DNA of 64,000 bases from a virus (taxonomy: Duplodnaviria; Caudoviricetes), in the IMG/VR virus record IMGVR_UViG_3300028840_001835. One strand, written 5' to 3'. The notes below the pieces were generated by a model. That model was not told the origin of the DNA, did not search any database, and saw only the letters and a program-made list of their open reading frames with translations. Of the stretch, positions 26,973-36,284 are shown piece after piece. Positions within the stretch are counted from its first letter, which is position 1; every line of letters begins with the position of its first letter. Both the position numbers and the translations under genes were made by a program.

Positions 26973-26979
26973 GATCCCC

Positions 26980-27276
26980 CTAGGGCACCCAGATATGATC
27001 ATCCCGTGCCCTCATCTCTTCCTTAAATGATCTCAATCTTCTTAGGGCCCCCAGACAGTTTCGATGTTCGATCTTCCCGTGAACATATCGGATCATAAAC
27101 CTTCCCTTCCATCCACTCTCCAGATGCCGCATACCCGAAAGAAACATATATGCCTTCGCCCTCTTTGAATCAGGACCCATGTTGACTGTGAAAATCATAT
27201 CCATATCATTTCCTTCTATACAAATTTTTGAACCAAAGCCTAGTATCGGGGTGATAACTAAATCTTCTCCTTCCAA
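26980..27276 (-). CDS. FLxG-family paralog
   Basis: KAYMFLSGM. Confidence 0.7.
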   Translation of the reverse strand: MEGEDLVITPILGFGSKICIEGNDMDMIFTVNMGPDSKRAKAYMFLSGMRHLESGWKGRFMIRYVHGKIEHRNCLGALRRLRSFKEEMRARDDHIWVP

Positions 27277-27583
27277 TTATCCTTATCTTGATCGTCTTTA
27301 AAATAAACTCCAGCTGTTTCCTATCAACAAGATAACATGGATCGTCATCCTTATCAATCGCAACCTGTTCAATATTCTTTAGAAAAAGCAAAGTATTCAT
27401 AGGGCTATCCTGCGGTAGACAGACCAAGAACTTATGATGGCTCTTATAGAACGTCAGAATTATAAACCCTCGATGCATTGTCCCTTTCCTTTTCATAAAA
27501 TGAAGTGCACCAACAAGATTCGCTGAATCATGCGTATTAAAACTTTCCAAAATTCGTTCTCCTGTTTCTAAGAAGATATCCAA
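27206..27583 (-). CDS. FLxG-family paralog
   Basis: NTLLFLKNI...DDDPCYLVD. Confidence 0.7.
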   Translation of the reverse strand: MDIFLETGERILESFNTHDSANLVGALHFMKRKGTMHRGFIILTFYKSHHKFLVCLPQDSPMNTLLFLKNIEQVAIDKDDDPCYLVDRKQLEFILKTIKIRIIGRRRFSYHPDTRLWFKNLYRRK

Positions 27584-27780
27584 TGTACCAGGCTATGCCT
27601 TCGCAGGGCATGATGCTTCGCTCGGTCCTTCTTATCATCAAGATCCAGACCCTCCACCACAAAGACTGAGGGAAGTGTTTCTGGTACCACGAACCATGCT
27701 TTCAATTGTGAGAGAAAAAGAACCTTCTCAAATGCCTCCCGTCGGTCTGGCATGACCCTATAACGAACATCATATTTCAT
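27568..27780 (-). CDS. FLxG-family paralog
   Basis: EKVLFLSQL. Confidence 0.65.
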   Translation of the reverse strand: MKYDVRYRVMPDRREAFEKVLFLSQLKAWFVVPETLPSVFVVEGLDLDDKKDRAKHHALRRHSLVHWISS

Positions 27781-27788
27781 TTTTCTTG

Positions 27789-28110
27789 TTCCAGAATCCT
27801 AAGTTATCATACCCGTTCCAAGATTCTCTCAAAAAACAGGCCATTAAGGCATACCCGTATAAGAATAACAATCCTTGATCAATGACTTTAATAATCTGGT
27901 ATGGGTTCTATTCCCTGGATCATAAATGACATGATAAGACCCTCCTCCAGATGCCCGAAACTCTATACCAGAGATGAATAACATCTTTCTCATACCTTCG
28001 CCTTTCAGAATATCAATAAATATACTAATGTGGAAGGTGGCCTCCTTATATCCGGGTCTTACCTTAATCATTTATTTTTGTTCCATATTCCAGAATCCTA
28101 AGTTATCATA
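27789..28110 (-). repeat. 23-bp direct repeat (27789-27811, 28088-28110), promoter/leader-like
   Basis: TATGATAACTTAGGATTCTGGAA just upstream of two consecutive start codons. Confidence 0.85.
27844..28071 (-). CDS. FLxG-family paralog
   Basis: RKMLFISGI. Confidence 0.75.
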   Translation of the reverse strand: MIKVRPGYKEATFHISIFIDILKGEGMRKMLFISGIEFRASGGGSYHVIYDPGNRTHTRLLKSLIKDCYSYTGMP

Positions 28111-28159
28111 TGGACCGGGGTCTGTCCAGAAAAAAGAGGGTATTAAGACGATGAGGGGG

Positions 28160-28245
28160 TCTGGGTTTTGGGTCTGGGTCCCTCCTGCAAGGCAAGACGT
28201 TTCTGGGTCCGGGTCTGGGTCCCTCGCAAAGCAAGACCATTTCAC
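28160..28245. repeat. imperfect tandem repeat, ~41 bp x2
   Basis: GGGTCTGGGTCCCTC..GCAA.GCAAGAC..TTTC twice. Confidence 0.7.
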
Positions 28246-28292
28246 GACCGCCGAAGAGAACTCTAAACGGTCCCTCCTTTTTCAAAAACGGC

Positions 28293-28479
28293 TTAATTCA
28301 GGGTATCTCTCACGACCACCCCGCTGTCAGGTTCATAGCATGGACCTATGGACCTCTCAATCCTCATCCGTTCTGTATGCTGTTCGGTGTCGTGTTTTAT
28401 ACATTCGGCGATCACGATCAAACAGACCACCCCCCAGGACGCCAGCAATCACATAAGACATTACCTCCTCCCAGTCCAT
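28293..28479 (-). pseudogene. membrane-anchored protein gene frameshifted in a G6 tract
   Basis: G5 would give MDWEEVMSYVIAGVLGVVCLIVIAEC...(61 aa), similar to the upstream neighbour. Confidence 0.6.
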
Positions 28480-28637
28480 CATGGCCCTCCTGTGGTGTCG
28501 ATGGGGAATGTGCAGTGGCGGAGCCGCTCCTCGAGCACTTTTATTTGAATCTCGCGGTTGTTACACTCGCTTACGAATATCATCACCACGGCGAACAGGA
28601 TTACAATCCATGCTATGATTAAATCAGATTTAGTCAT
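28479..28637 (-). CDS. small membrane-anchored protein (52 aa)
   Basis: MTKSDLIIAWIVILFAVVMIFVSECNNRE...; strong SD. Confidence 0.7.
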   Translation of the reverse strand: MTKSDLIIAWIVILFAVVMIFVSECNNREIQIKVLEERLRHCTFPIDTTGGP

Positions 28638-28668
28638 TCCTTCCTTTCATGTTTTGTTCTCAATTGAA

Positions 28669-28696
28669 AATATACTAAAGTTTTGGACTTTGTCAA
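28669..28696 (-). promoter_or_regulatory. left-arm sigma70-type promoter (twin of 33078)
   Basis: TTGACA-N16-TATATT. Confidence 0.8.
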
Positions 28697-28911
28697 CCAC
28701 CGGATGCTGGGGCCTTGGCGGGGTGGTGGCCGGGCTCTGGGTTGTGTTTTTGATTAAAAAGAAAGGGACCGGGGTGCCTGAATGTAGGGGGTTGGAGGTG
28801 GCAGCCCGGTCCCGGTGGGTGCGGGTGTCGTTCAGTATATCTCCTAGAACGCTTTCATGCCACCCTTTGGCGGGCACCCGCTGATGTGAGATAGGATCTT
28901 CCTCGACCTTC

Positions 28912-29109
28912 TCACCATCCTATCTTCTTTGAAATTACGGCTTTCATGCCGGGGGGTAATCTGGACCCTTTTTCTTCCATCACTTGGATGAAGTATTCGC
29001 CCGTGTCCCCGATGAACATAGAATCTCCAGACGGGGCGAAGCGGACGAGCCTAAGCATGACCTCATAGTCCATGTTGTCTATTGCCTTTTTTGTGTCTGG
29101 CGCTATCAT
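28912..29109 (-). CDS. conserved phage hypothetical protein
   Basis: IDNMDYE.MLR..RFAP.G..MF.G..GEYF...SKKIGW. Confidence 0.7.
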   Translation of the reverse strand: MIAPDTKKAIDNMDYEVMLRLVRFAPSGDSMFIGDTGEYFIQVMEEKGSRLPPGMKAVISKKIGW

Positions 29110-29121
29110 GTGATCTCCTTT

Positions 29122-29165
29122 TTAAAAGAAAAGATAAGGGATGAGGGAGCGACCCTCATCCCTGA
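29122..29165 (-). terminator. intrinsic terminator
   Basis: GGGATGAGGG/CCCTCATCCC stem followed by TTATCTTTTCTTTT. Confidence 0.8.
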
Positions 29166-29391
29166 ACCATGTTACGTTGGTGGGAGGGACGGATCAATTG
29201 ACTGCACAGTGCTTAACGATTATCGAGAGTCTAATGTTACAACGTGTGCACCACCCAGAGTAATCATGGTCACCGCTTTGTGAGCGGCTACTTGGTCGCC
29301 TCATCATGAACCCGCGAAAGCGGGCAGATAATAGGAAGTTTAATTATACCCCCAACTAACGACCAAGATTCCTTAAACAGAGAAAGGCCCC

Positions 29392-29571
29392 CTAGTGGAG
29401 GGAGCCATCTCGTCTTTGATACTTTCCATTACGCCGCAGAACCTCATGATAGGTCCTGGACAGCTTTTTGCCATTCTTGATAGTGGCGGTCTCCAAAACC
29501 ATCCGCTTGACGGCTACGGGAAACCCCTTCTTCATTGTCTTGGAAATAACCTTTGTCTCTATTGTTGCCAT
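29392..29571 (-). CDS. small basic protein (59 aa)
   Basis: MATIETKVISKTMKKG...; GGAGG SD; below ORF cutoff. Confidence 0.7.
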   Translation of the reverse strand: MATIETKVISKTMKKGFPVAVKRMVLETATIKNGKKLSRTYHEVLRRNGKYQRRDGSLH

Positions 29572-29827
29572 TCACTTAACCTCCGTTGATGTTTAATACC
29601 CCTAAAAAGACCGTTCTATATTTAGCCCACCGAACGGCAGGCGGGCCCTATTTGTCAACCGCGGGGCCGCGGCGTCCCGATTTGTTTTGTCTGGTCAGGG
29701 TGCCCAGAATTCTTTTAAATAATTAACGGCCCCCGTTAAGGTGGGGGCGAAACCTTGTCCACATTCAGGGCGGGACACACCTCTTATAAAGGGCCGTTGC
29801 CCCTTCGATGCTCTATCTACCACCAGT

Positions 29828-29858
29828 GCCCCGCCGACAAGAGCGATGTCGGCGGGGC
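29828..29858. repeat. perfect 12-bp inverted repeat
   Basis: GCCCCGCCGACA-N7-TGTCGGCGGGGC. Confidence 0.85.
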
Positions 29859-29882
29859 GATTTGACTGGGCAGTGGCGTCCG

Positions 29883-30290
29883 CTATTTCAGGTCAGCGGT
29901 GCCCAGGTAGTTCAGGTGCTCCTCGCAGAACCTGATATTCTCACCAGAGAGGCTGGAGGCACGAACCTTGGGAACGTGGGTGAGAACCTTGTAGGCACGC
30001 CGGGCCTGGGCGCCAGAAAACTTCTGGGTCACGCCGTTGGCCGTCAGGCTAATAGTGTAACGAGGATGCTTCAGAGCCTTGGACTCTTCCTGCCGCACCT
30101 CGATCACGGCGCCAGTTTTGGTTTTCTGGGAAACGAACCGCAGTCCGCTAAGGGCATTCCCGTCCTTGTCCTTGCCCGTGACTTTCTGGGCCTTGCCCAT
30201 CACGATGGTCTTGGCCTTGATGCCGTCCACGATCATCTTGGCATACTTCTGAGCGGCGGACAGGGGTTTGGGGGTTGACTTGTTGGCCAT
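29883..30290 (-). CDS. basic early protein (135 aa)
   Basis: GGAGG SD; first gene of the leftward operon; GC-rich codons. Confidence 0.75.
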   Translation of the reverse strand: MANKSTPKPLSAAQKYAKMIVDGIKAKTIVMGKAQKVTGKDKDGNALSGLRFVSQKTKTGAVIEVRQEESKALKHPRYTISLTANGVTQKFSGAQARRAYKVLTHVPKVRASSLSGENIRFCEEHLNYLGTADLK

Positions 30291-30352
30291 GTTGGCCTCC
30301 TTTCGGATAAAGGGTGGTTGATGAAAAAACTAATTAACTAACTGTTACTATA

Positions 30353-30381
30353 ATTATAACACGAAAAACCCTTTCCGTCAA
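30353..30381 (-). promoter_or_regulatory. leftward divergent promoter
   Basis: TTGACG-N17-TATAAT with extended -10. Confidence 0.85.
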
Positions 30382-30579
30382 GAAAAAAATGGACTTTCTC
30401 CAAAAATAATTAACCCTTATTCTAGACCGTAAACCGGGGACCTGTTTCATTCATCATAACCCGTTGATCTATAAGGGCTTAGAAGGATCGGGCTCGGGCC
30501 CCGGAAATTAGCGGAATTTCGGGACCTTCTAGATTCCTGTTTTTGATTCAAATACCGTGATCTGGGGCAGGTTTTTCCC

Positions 30580-30608
30580 TTGAGGTTTATTCAGAAGGTT
30601 GTTATAAT
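30580..30608 (+). promoter_or_regulatory. rightward divergent promoter
   Basis: TTGAGG-N17-TATAAT; shares TGTTATAATTATAGT with the leftward promoter. Confidence 0.8.
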
Positions 30609-30645
30609 TATAGTATAAACAACAGGTTAACAAAGGAAGGAAATA

Positions 30646-32877
30646 ATGAAACTTGAACTTAACAGCATCCTCGAATGGACCACCGACTCAGGCGATAGCC
30701 AGGGAATCGTTGCCAGCCCCTTGTTTGAATATGATTTCAATAATTACCCCGATGACGCCTTTATCCCCTGCTACAAACTCAAGAGCCTGCGCAGCACCCG
30801 GACCCGTCACTGGATTGAGGTCAAGGTGATGAAGAAAAATCTCAAATGGGCGGGGTTCTACTCGAAACTTGAAAAGATACTCAATGATAGAATGGAGTAT
30901 AATCGCCAGCGGGCCGCCCAACGGAGACAGGCACGGAGACGGGATTTCGACCCCGCTGCTTTCACAAGGGCTCTGAACAACACCATCAAGAAATTCAATC
31001 TGGACTAATCAAATGAAAGATTTTTCAATAACTATGATCGGGTTCGGGGTTGCCGCTTCTATAGGTCTCGCCGTGCCCTTCATGGTTATGTACCACGATG
31101 TTTATTTCTGTAAAATGATTTTAACTTTAATTCAAATTAAACTCAAAACAAGGAGAGCGTAATGAAAGAACTGGCTAAAATAGTTTCCAAGAATCTGATC
31201 GAGATGGGGGCGGACGGGTTCACCATCGTGATCGAAAATGACTCGATTCATGTGACCAAGACCGTGGGGTTGGTGGCTTGGATTCTTATAGTCGTGCCCC
31301 AGGCTTATTCGTTAGTCAGGCGATATGACATGAATGTGATTCCCCTTGAACCCGAGACCGTCAAGTGCACTGGTTGTATCAAAGAGGCCATTGCCTACTA
31401 CACCGGGGCCGTAATGATAGGGGGTAAATAATGGACTTTGAACTTGAGGAAAGAAAAGAGAAGGTCAGGAACGCCCAGCGTAACCCCAACACCCTGGGGC
31501 CCAACGGGGGCTTCAAGTTAATCTGGGGCTGGGTCAAACAGGGGGCCATTGACTTCAAACAGTATTTGGAGCTGATCGATGCGGCAACCCCTACCACGGA
31601 GCTTTACGAATACAACTGCCCCGCCTGTAAATGTACGACCACTTTAAAATGTGACCACTGCGGGGACATTATCTTAATTAAAGGGAGGCAGATATGAGAA
31701 AACCAACAATCTATGACATAGCCAGGGCGACCGAGGAGAAGCAGCCCCATTTCTTCACCCGAAAAACTCTCAAGTTCTTCAACCAGACTATGAGGGATTT
31801 CTCAGTCTGGAAGCAGGACGGTCGGGTGTTCATCACCGCCCCAATGAAAGATGGCCGCGGGCACATAATCGGTTATACTCACCGCGAGTTCACCGGGGAT
31901 GATCTTATTCATTTTAACCCAGAGGAGGTATAACATGAACCTGAAAGTTAAAGCAAAGGTGGGGATCGGTTATGATTACAAAAAGAATGAATATGTGGAG
32001 GGGATGAAGGAGGTCGAGGTCCTGACCATCCATTTCGAGAAGAACACGATGCGGGTCCGCTATAAGGCAGACTTCTGGGGGGATGGTGTGAGGACCCATG
32101 TGGACAACATCCCCGCGGACCCGTTCTTTGAGCAGTATCAAATAAACAAAAAGGAGGCGTAAAATGATGACACCAAGAGACCCTGATTTTCTGGACCCCG
32201 AAATAACCCCAGACCCCATGCAGCCCGAGTTCTTATTGAGGGCTGGCATGAGCCCCACCCGGACCCCGAAGCTCTGGAGCCTCTTTACGGGCGAGACCCA
32301 GGGGAGCCGGGAGCGCGGTCACATCACAAGGGACGACATGACCAACCTCAAGATATCCCTGGGCATCACCGAGTCTGTGGATGATTTTCTCAAACAATTA
32401 AACTAAGGGGATCAAAATGGAAACAATAATCTGGTATAGTATAAGAAATGGTGGGGATGGTTCTGCATTTCCCATCTTTTTTGAATCAAAAGAACTTGCC
32501 GAGATCGACCAGGAATATCTGGACGAAGGATGGGGCGAGTCTTGCGTTGGTCCCTTGATGATAACTTCCGATGGTCCCATCTCAATAAAGCCGTTCATGA
32601 CCCAGGAAGATTACATTAAAGAGATCGAGGAAGAACTGGAGTATGCGGAATCAGGAAAACTAAGAGAGAAACTTCAGAAAGTAATCGACCTTTATTAAAG
32701 GAGAACATCATGACAAAAGAAGAGGCTATTAATTACTGTTATAATCACAGGGATGAATACATTCGGGACTCCGAAAACATTGATCAGGGGATCCGGCAAT
32801 TCGATTGTCTTATCGCCTGCCTCGAGTCCGGGACCATAACCCCAGAACAGCTCCCGGACTACGGAATGGAATACTAA
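30646..32877 (+). other. operon of ~9 small hypothetical early genes (30646-31008, 31162-31431, 31431-31697 Zn finger, 31694-31933, 31935-32162, 32164-32406, 32417-32698, 32710-32877)
   Basis: Tightly packed ORFs with SD sites; GC-richer than the flanks. Confidence 0.75.
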
Positions 32878-33077
32878 TCGACCTATAATCTAAAGACCCA
32901 CACACCGCTGATACGCCTCGTATCAGCGGCCGGGAGCCCGCGCCCCGACCACCATCATTTAAAGCAAGACTCCCCACCCAGAGCCCGGCCACACCCGCAG
33001 TTCTCGCTATGGGGACCCCCTTTAAAACGACCAGCTTTCAACGATTAGGTCCAAAAGTGAGGTCCAAAGAAACTAGC

Positions 33078-33105
33078 TTGACAAAGTCCAAATCTTTACT
33101 ATGTT
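33078..33105 (+). promoter_or_regulatory. right-arm sigma70-type promoter (twin of 28669)
   Basis: TTGACA-N16-TATGTT; 29/32 identical to the left twin. Confidence 0.8.
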
Positions 33106-33129
33106 TTCATTAAGAAAGGAGAACCCGTT

Positions 33130-33405
33130 ATGACAAACGAAAAAGATCCATGCAACCCGGGTTGCAGTTCATGCAGAAGCAACGATACTGGTCGCTGTAA
33201 AAAAACCGCATTCATTGTACATAGACCCCATGGCGATGAAACTGTGATGCACTATTGCAGGGATGCGAACAAGAATCGCCAGTGCAAGGACTGGGAGCCA
33301 CGGACCGTCATGCAGAAACTCGGGCCCGTCTTAGGGGCCATTGGTCTCTTTGTCGGCGTCCCCGGTGTAATAGTATTATTCTCAGTTCTTGTGGCAGGGC
33401 TCTGA
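33130..33405 (+). CDS. Cys-rich protein with C-terminal TM
   Basis: C..C..C...C...C...N....C..W, hydrophobic tail. Confidence 0.7.
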   Translation: MTNEKDPCNPGCSSCRSNDTGRCKKTAFIVHRPHGDETVMHYCRDANKNRQCKDWEPRTVMQKLGPVLGAIGLFVGVPGVIVLFSVLVAGL

Positions 33406-33592
33406 GATTCAGGGGTGGTCTCGCAAAATATGGCCCTCGCCGGAGACACGCCGAAATGGTACCGTGGCCGCAGTCATTTCACCCTGATATCCCGGTCCAG
33501 GGCAGCCCAGGGCGGTCCTCCGGGATATGGACTGATCGGACAGCCGCCGGACCGGTTATTTGGGGTTTTGAGTTATTGAAAGGAGATTCATC

Positions 33593-33904
33593 TTGATTCC
33601 TGATTTAAGATTTAAAGTAGTCACGGCCACAAGCTGGTTCTTTTACACGGGTTCTGGTTTATGGAGATTGGAGGCTACTTATGAACTCTCTAAACTCTTG
33701 TTCCTTAAGGGTATGGGATCTGGGAGACCCTCAAAAATATCAACATTTTACATATACAATAATCTTGAGGTTGATATGATGCTTGAGATTATTATTCTTT
33801 TTCATGAAACGGGTATTACTATATTCTCTGGAGGGGGACATTGGGTTCCTTCTTTTATTTCTGCTTATAAACGGCTGGGTGAATGTGAATATGGCACACT
33901 TTGA
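33593..33904 (+). CDS. FLxG-family paralog
   Basis: SKLLFLKGM. Confidence 0.75.
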   Translation: MIPDLRFKVVTATSWFFYTGSGLWRLEATYELSKLLFLKGMGSGRPSKISTFYIYNNLEVDMMLEIIILFHETGITIFSGGGHWVPSFISAYKRLGECEYGTL

Positions 33905-34202
33905 TATAAGTTGGGACGATGGAAGGATTGATGCAACACGGATGCTCTATGTGAGGTCTAATTATGATGGGGGCTTTATGATTATCTGTTTCGATGAGAG
34001 GGTGGGGAGATTGGCTTTTCTAAAGGGGTTCCGGGTTGGTTCAAGGAGACAGCGATGGGCAAGATATGATTTGAATTACGATGAGATGTTAGAGATGGTG
34101 GGGTTCTGTCGTCTTGTCTGTCCCGGGGTCTATCTCGCAGATGGAGAATATGGGACGGGGCTGGGGAGGGCCCTGCGGGCCGCCCTGGGAGGGCGGATCT
34201 AG
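33891..34202 (+). CDS. FLxG-family paralog
   Basis: GRLAFLKGF. Confidence 0.75.
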   Translation: MAHFDISWDDGRIDATRMLYVRSNYDGGFMIICFDERVGRLAFLKGFRVGSRRQRWARYDLNYDEMLEMVGFCRLVCPGVYLADGEYGTGLGRALRAALGGRI

Positions 34203-34312
34203 GGGGGGTCTATGCAAGTGGGAGCGGGAGACTGAGACCTTTATGGAGAAGCGGAAGAGGGAGAAGGCGATTAATAAGAAACTGAAGTATCGGGCGATCT
34301 CTGAGAGGAGTT

Positions 34313-34630
34313 GTGAGGGTGCCACAGAGACGGGTTCACAAGAATAACGCCGAGATATATTTGGACATATTCGATAGAGAATGGAACTGGGTGGCTACAC
34401 TGTTCCCGTGGATTGGGGAGCATGGTGTCATAAGGGTCGGTCATGGTGCGGCTCGGGAACCTCTGAGGCGTATCTGTTTTCTACGAGGTCTGAAGTATGA
34501 TGATAGAATTGATTACCCGATGGACATATACCTGAAGGAGGGGCATGGTATCAAAAAATTTCTTAGTGATGTAAGATGGACTTATAAAGGAGAAAAAAGA
34601 ATTGATGGAAAGGAGATGAAAAATGATTGA
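34313..34630 (+). CDS. FLxG-family paralog
   Basis: RRICFLRGL. Confidence 0.75.
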   Translation: MRVPQRRVHKNNAEIYLDIFDREWNWVATLFPWIGEHGVIRVGHGAAREPLRRICFLRGLKYDDRIDYPMDIYLKEGHGIKKFLSDVRWTYKGEKRIDGKEMKND

Positions 34631-34823
34631 TTTTCTATTAGTTATGGGAATTCTCATAGGAGCTCAGTGGTTGATGGTGACCCTCTTTACCTTATTCGAT
34701 GCGTTAGATGAGTTCGATTCAGCGATAAAAACACGGAAGGAATTATTGAGACTATACATTCCGCTTGTCTGGGTCGTCTGGTATGCCATAAAGGTGATTA
34801 GATATTATAGGAGCCTAGGCTGA
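34623..34823 (+). CDS. small 2-TM protein (IPLVWVV pair)
   Basis: Paralog of 36039. Confidence 0.7.
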   Translation: MIDFLLVMGILIGAQWLMVTLFTLFDALDEFDSAIKTRKELLRLYIPLVWVVWYAIKVIRYYRSLG

Positions 34824-34863
34824 TGTCACGAGGCATAGAGATAACAGTCGAAAGAGAGAAGTT

Positions 34864-35286
34864 TTGATGAAAAAGAGAAAGAAAGTTAAGGCCTATGGAA
34901 ATTCATTCACGAAGTTTCTACTCGGTAATGGATTTACGGATAACATGAAATGGATAATTCGAGCAGAAAGTCCAGTCATAACAGATATAGATATCTTTGG
35001 GCTCACTTCAAATGTTGGTCGGCTATGGACAAACCGATATGATGAGGCATTAAGTAGAATGTTATTTCTACTTGGGTTTGGAAAGAATAAAGTATTGACT
35101 ACCAAGATGCATATCTGTTATAGTATCAATTGTAAGGATCTTCAAAAGTTTCTCTATTGCTATCTAAAGATGGTGAAGGCCAGAGGTTTTGTACAGTTGA
35201 CGATATGTTTTAATGATGAAGAAAGTCATAATTTTAAACAGATACCAGTGTGGTGGGAAGATCGCTGTTTAAAGGAGATTTTATGA
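34864..35286 (+). CDS. FLxG-family paralog
   Basis: SRMLFLLGF. Confidence 0.75.
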   Translation: MMKKRKKVKAYGNSFTKFLLGNGFTDNMKWIIRAESPVITDIDIFGLTSNVGRLWTNRYDEALSRMLFLLGFGKNKVLTTKMHICYSINCKDLQKFLYCYLKMVKARGFVQLTICFNDEESHNFKQIPVWWEDRCLKEIL

Positions 35287-35687
35287 GAGCTTTCATAGAG
35301 AGATCCGAACTAGGTTATTACAAATGTAATGTAGATGAAATTCCAGGAATGTTGGAGAAAAAAGGAACTGATGAGATATTTCTTTCAAGATTTCCATTTC
35401 GAACCCTAACTGATGTTTGGGTTCGAATTGAAAAATCGGTCAACAATAGATATAAGATATTTGTACTGGAAGGAGAACTTTCACGATTACTATTTCTTAA
35501 AAATCTCAAACCATTTAGATCAAAAAACGAAAGTGAAAAAGTAGTTGGATACATGATTGAGGAAAAGGACATACGGACGGTGGTGAAGATGCTTCAGTTA
35601 ATAATGAGAAAGAAAAATGTTGAAGTCGGTCTCTTTCAGGCCGATCCAAGAATCGTGTCTTGTGGAGAGGTGGATAATGTCGAGTGA
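35283..35687 (+). CDS. FLxG-family paralog
   Basis: SRLLFLKNL. Confidence 0.75.
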   Translation: MRAFIERSELGYYKCNVDEIPGMLEKKGTDEIFLSRFPFRTLTDVWVRIEKSVNNRYKIFVLEGELSRLLFLKNLKPFRSKNESEKVVGYMIEEKDIRTVVKMLQLIMRKKNVEVGLFQADPRIVSCGEVDNVE

Positions 35688-36033
35688 ATCATATTTTGAA
35701 TTATGCGAGGATAAACAAATCGGTTGTTTCTTGTGTGCCGCCTTTGTTAAAGGTAAATGGAATGTCATCTGTTGCTCTGAGAGAATCGTCAAATACTCTT
35801 TTCTAAAAGGAATATATGGAGAACTTCCGAACGAAAATGAACGTGGTATACGGAGATATAGATTAAATACAAAACAGGTTTCCCGTATGATAGAGATATC
35901 AAAGATTGAGTTTTCTAAACTTTCCTGGAACGGTTCGTATCTACCATGGGAGGTCAACGAAGCTCTTCAAGGAATAAGGTTCAACAATCGTGATGAATAT
36001 GACGAGGATGCCGTTGATTGTTATGAAAAATAA
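35677..36033 (+). CDS. FLxG-family paralog
   Basis: VKYSFLKGI. Confidence 0.7.
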   Translation: MSSESYFELCEDKQIGCFLCAAFVKGKWNVICCSERIVKYSFLKGIYGELPNENERGIRRYRLNTKQVSRMIEISKIEFSKLSWNGSYLPWEVNEALQGIRFNNRDEYDEDAVDCYEK

Positions 36034-36038
36034 GTCAA

Positions 36039-36254
36039 TTGAAAGGAGATAAGATGAGTGAAGTATTTGGATTTATCATGGCATTATATATTGTACAACT
36101 ATTTCTTGTATTCATGGCAGTCATCATTCAAACTCTTTTGAATGAAGATATATTCAGAAGTATTCGACATATACTATTCTGGTGTATACCTCTCGTATGG
36201 GTTGTCCTTATTGTACGTACTATAATTAAAAATCTAAAGAAGCTCGGCTGGTAA
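36039..36254 (+). CDS. small 2-TM protein (IPLVWVV pair)
   Basis: Paralog of 34623. Confidence 0.7.
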   Translation: MKGDKMSEVFGFIMALYIVQLFLVFMAVIIQTLLNEDIFRSIRHILFWCIPLVWVVLIVRTIIKNLKKLGW

Positions 36255-36284
36255 GAAACGCTGGAACGATGAACTTGTAAATGG

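Noticed and set aside
29270-29320. Hammerhead ribozyme (TGATGAG-GC...GCC)
   Set aside because: C3 and the GAAA core after stem II are missing.
29755-29763. DnaA box (TTGTCCACA)
   Set aside because: Single mismatched copy; insufficient evidence for an origin.
27780-33600. CRISPR array or mini-array
   Set aside because: Repeats occur only twice, with no regular unique spacers and no cas genes.
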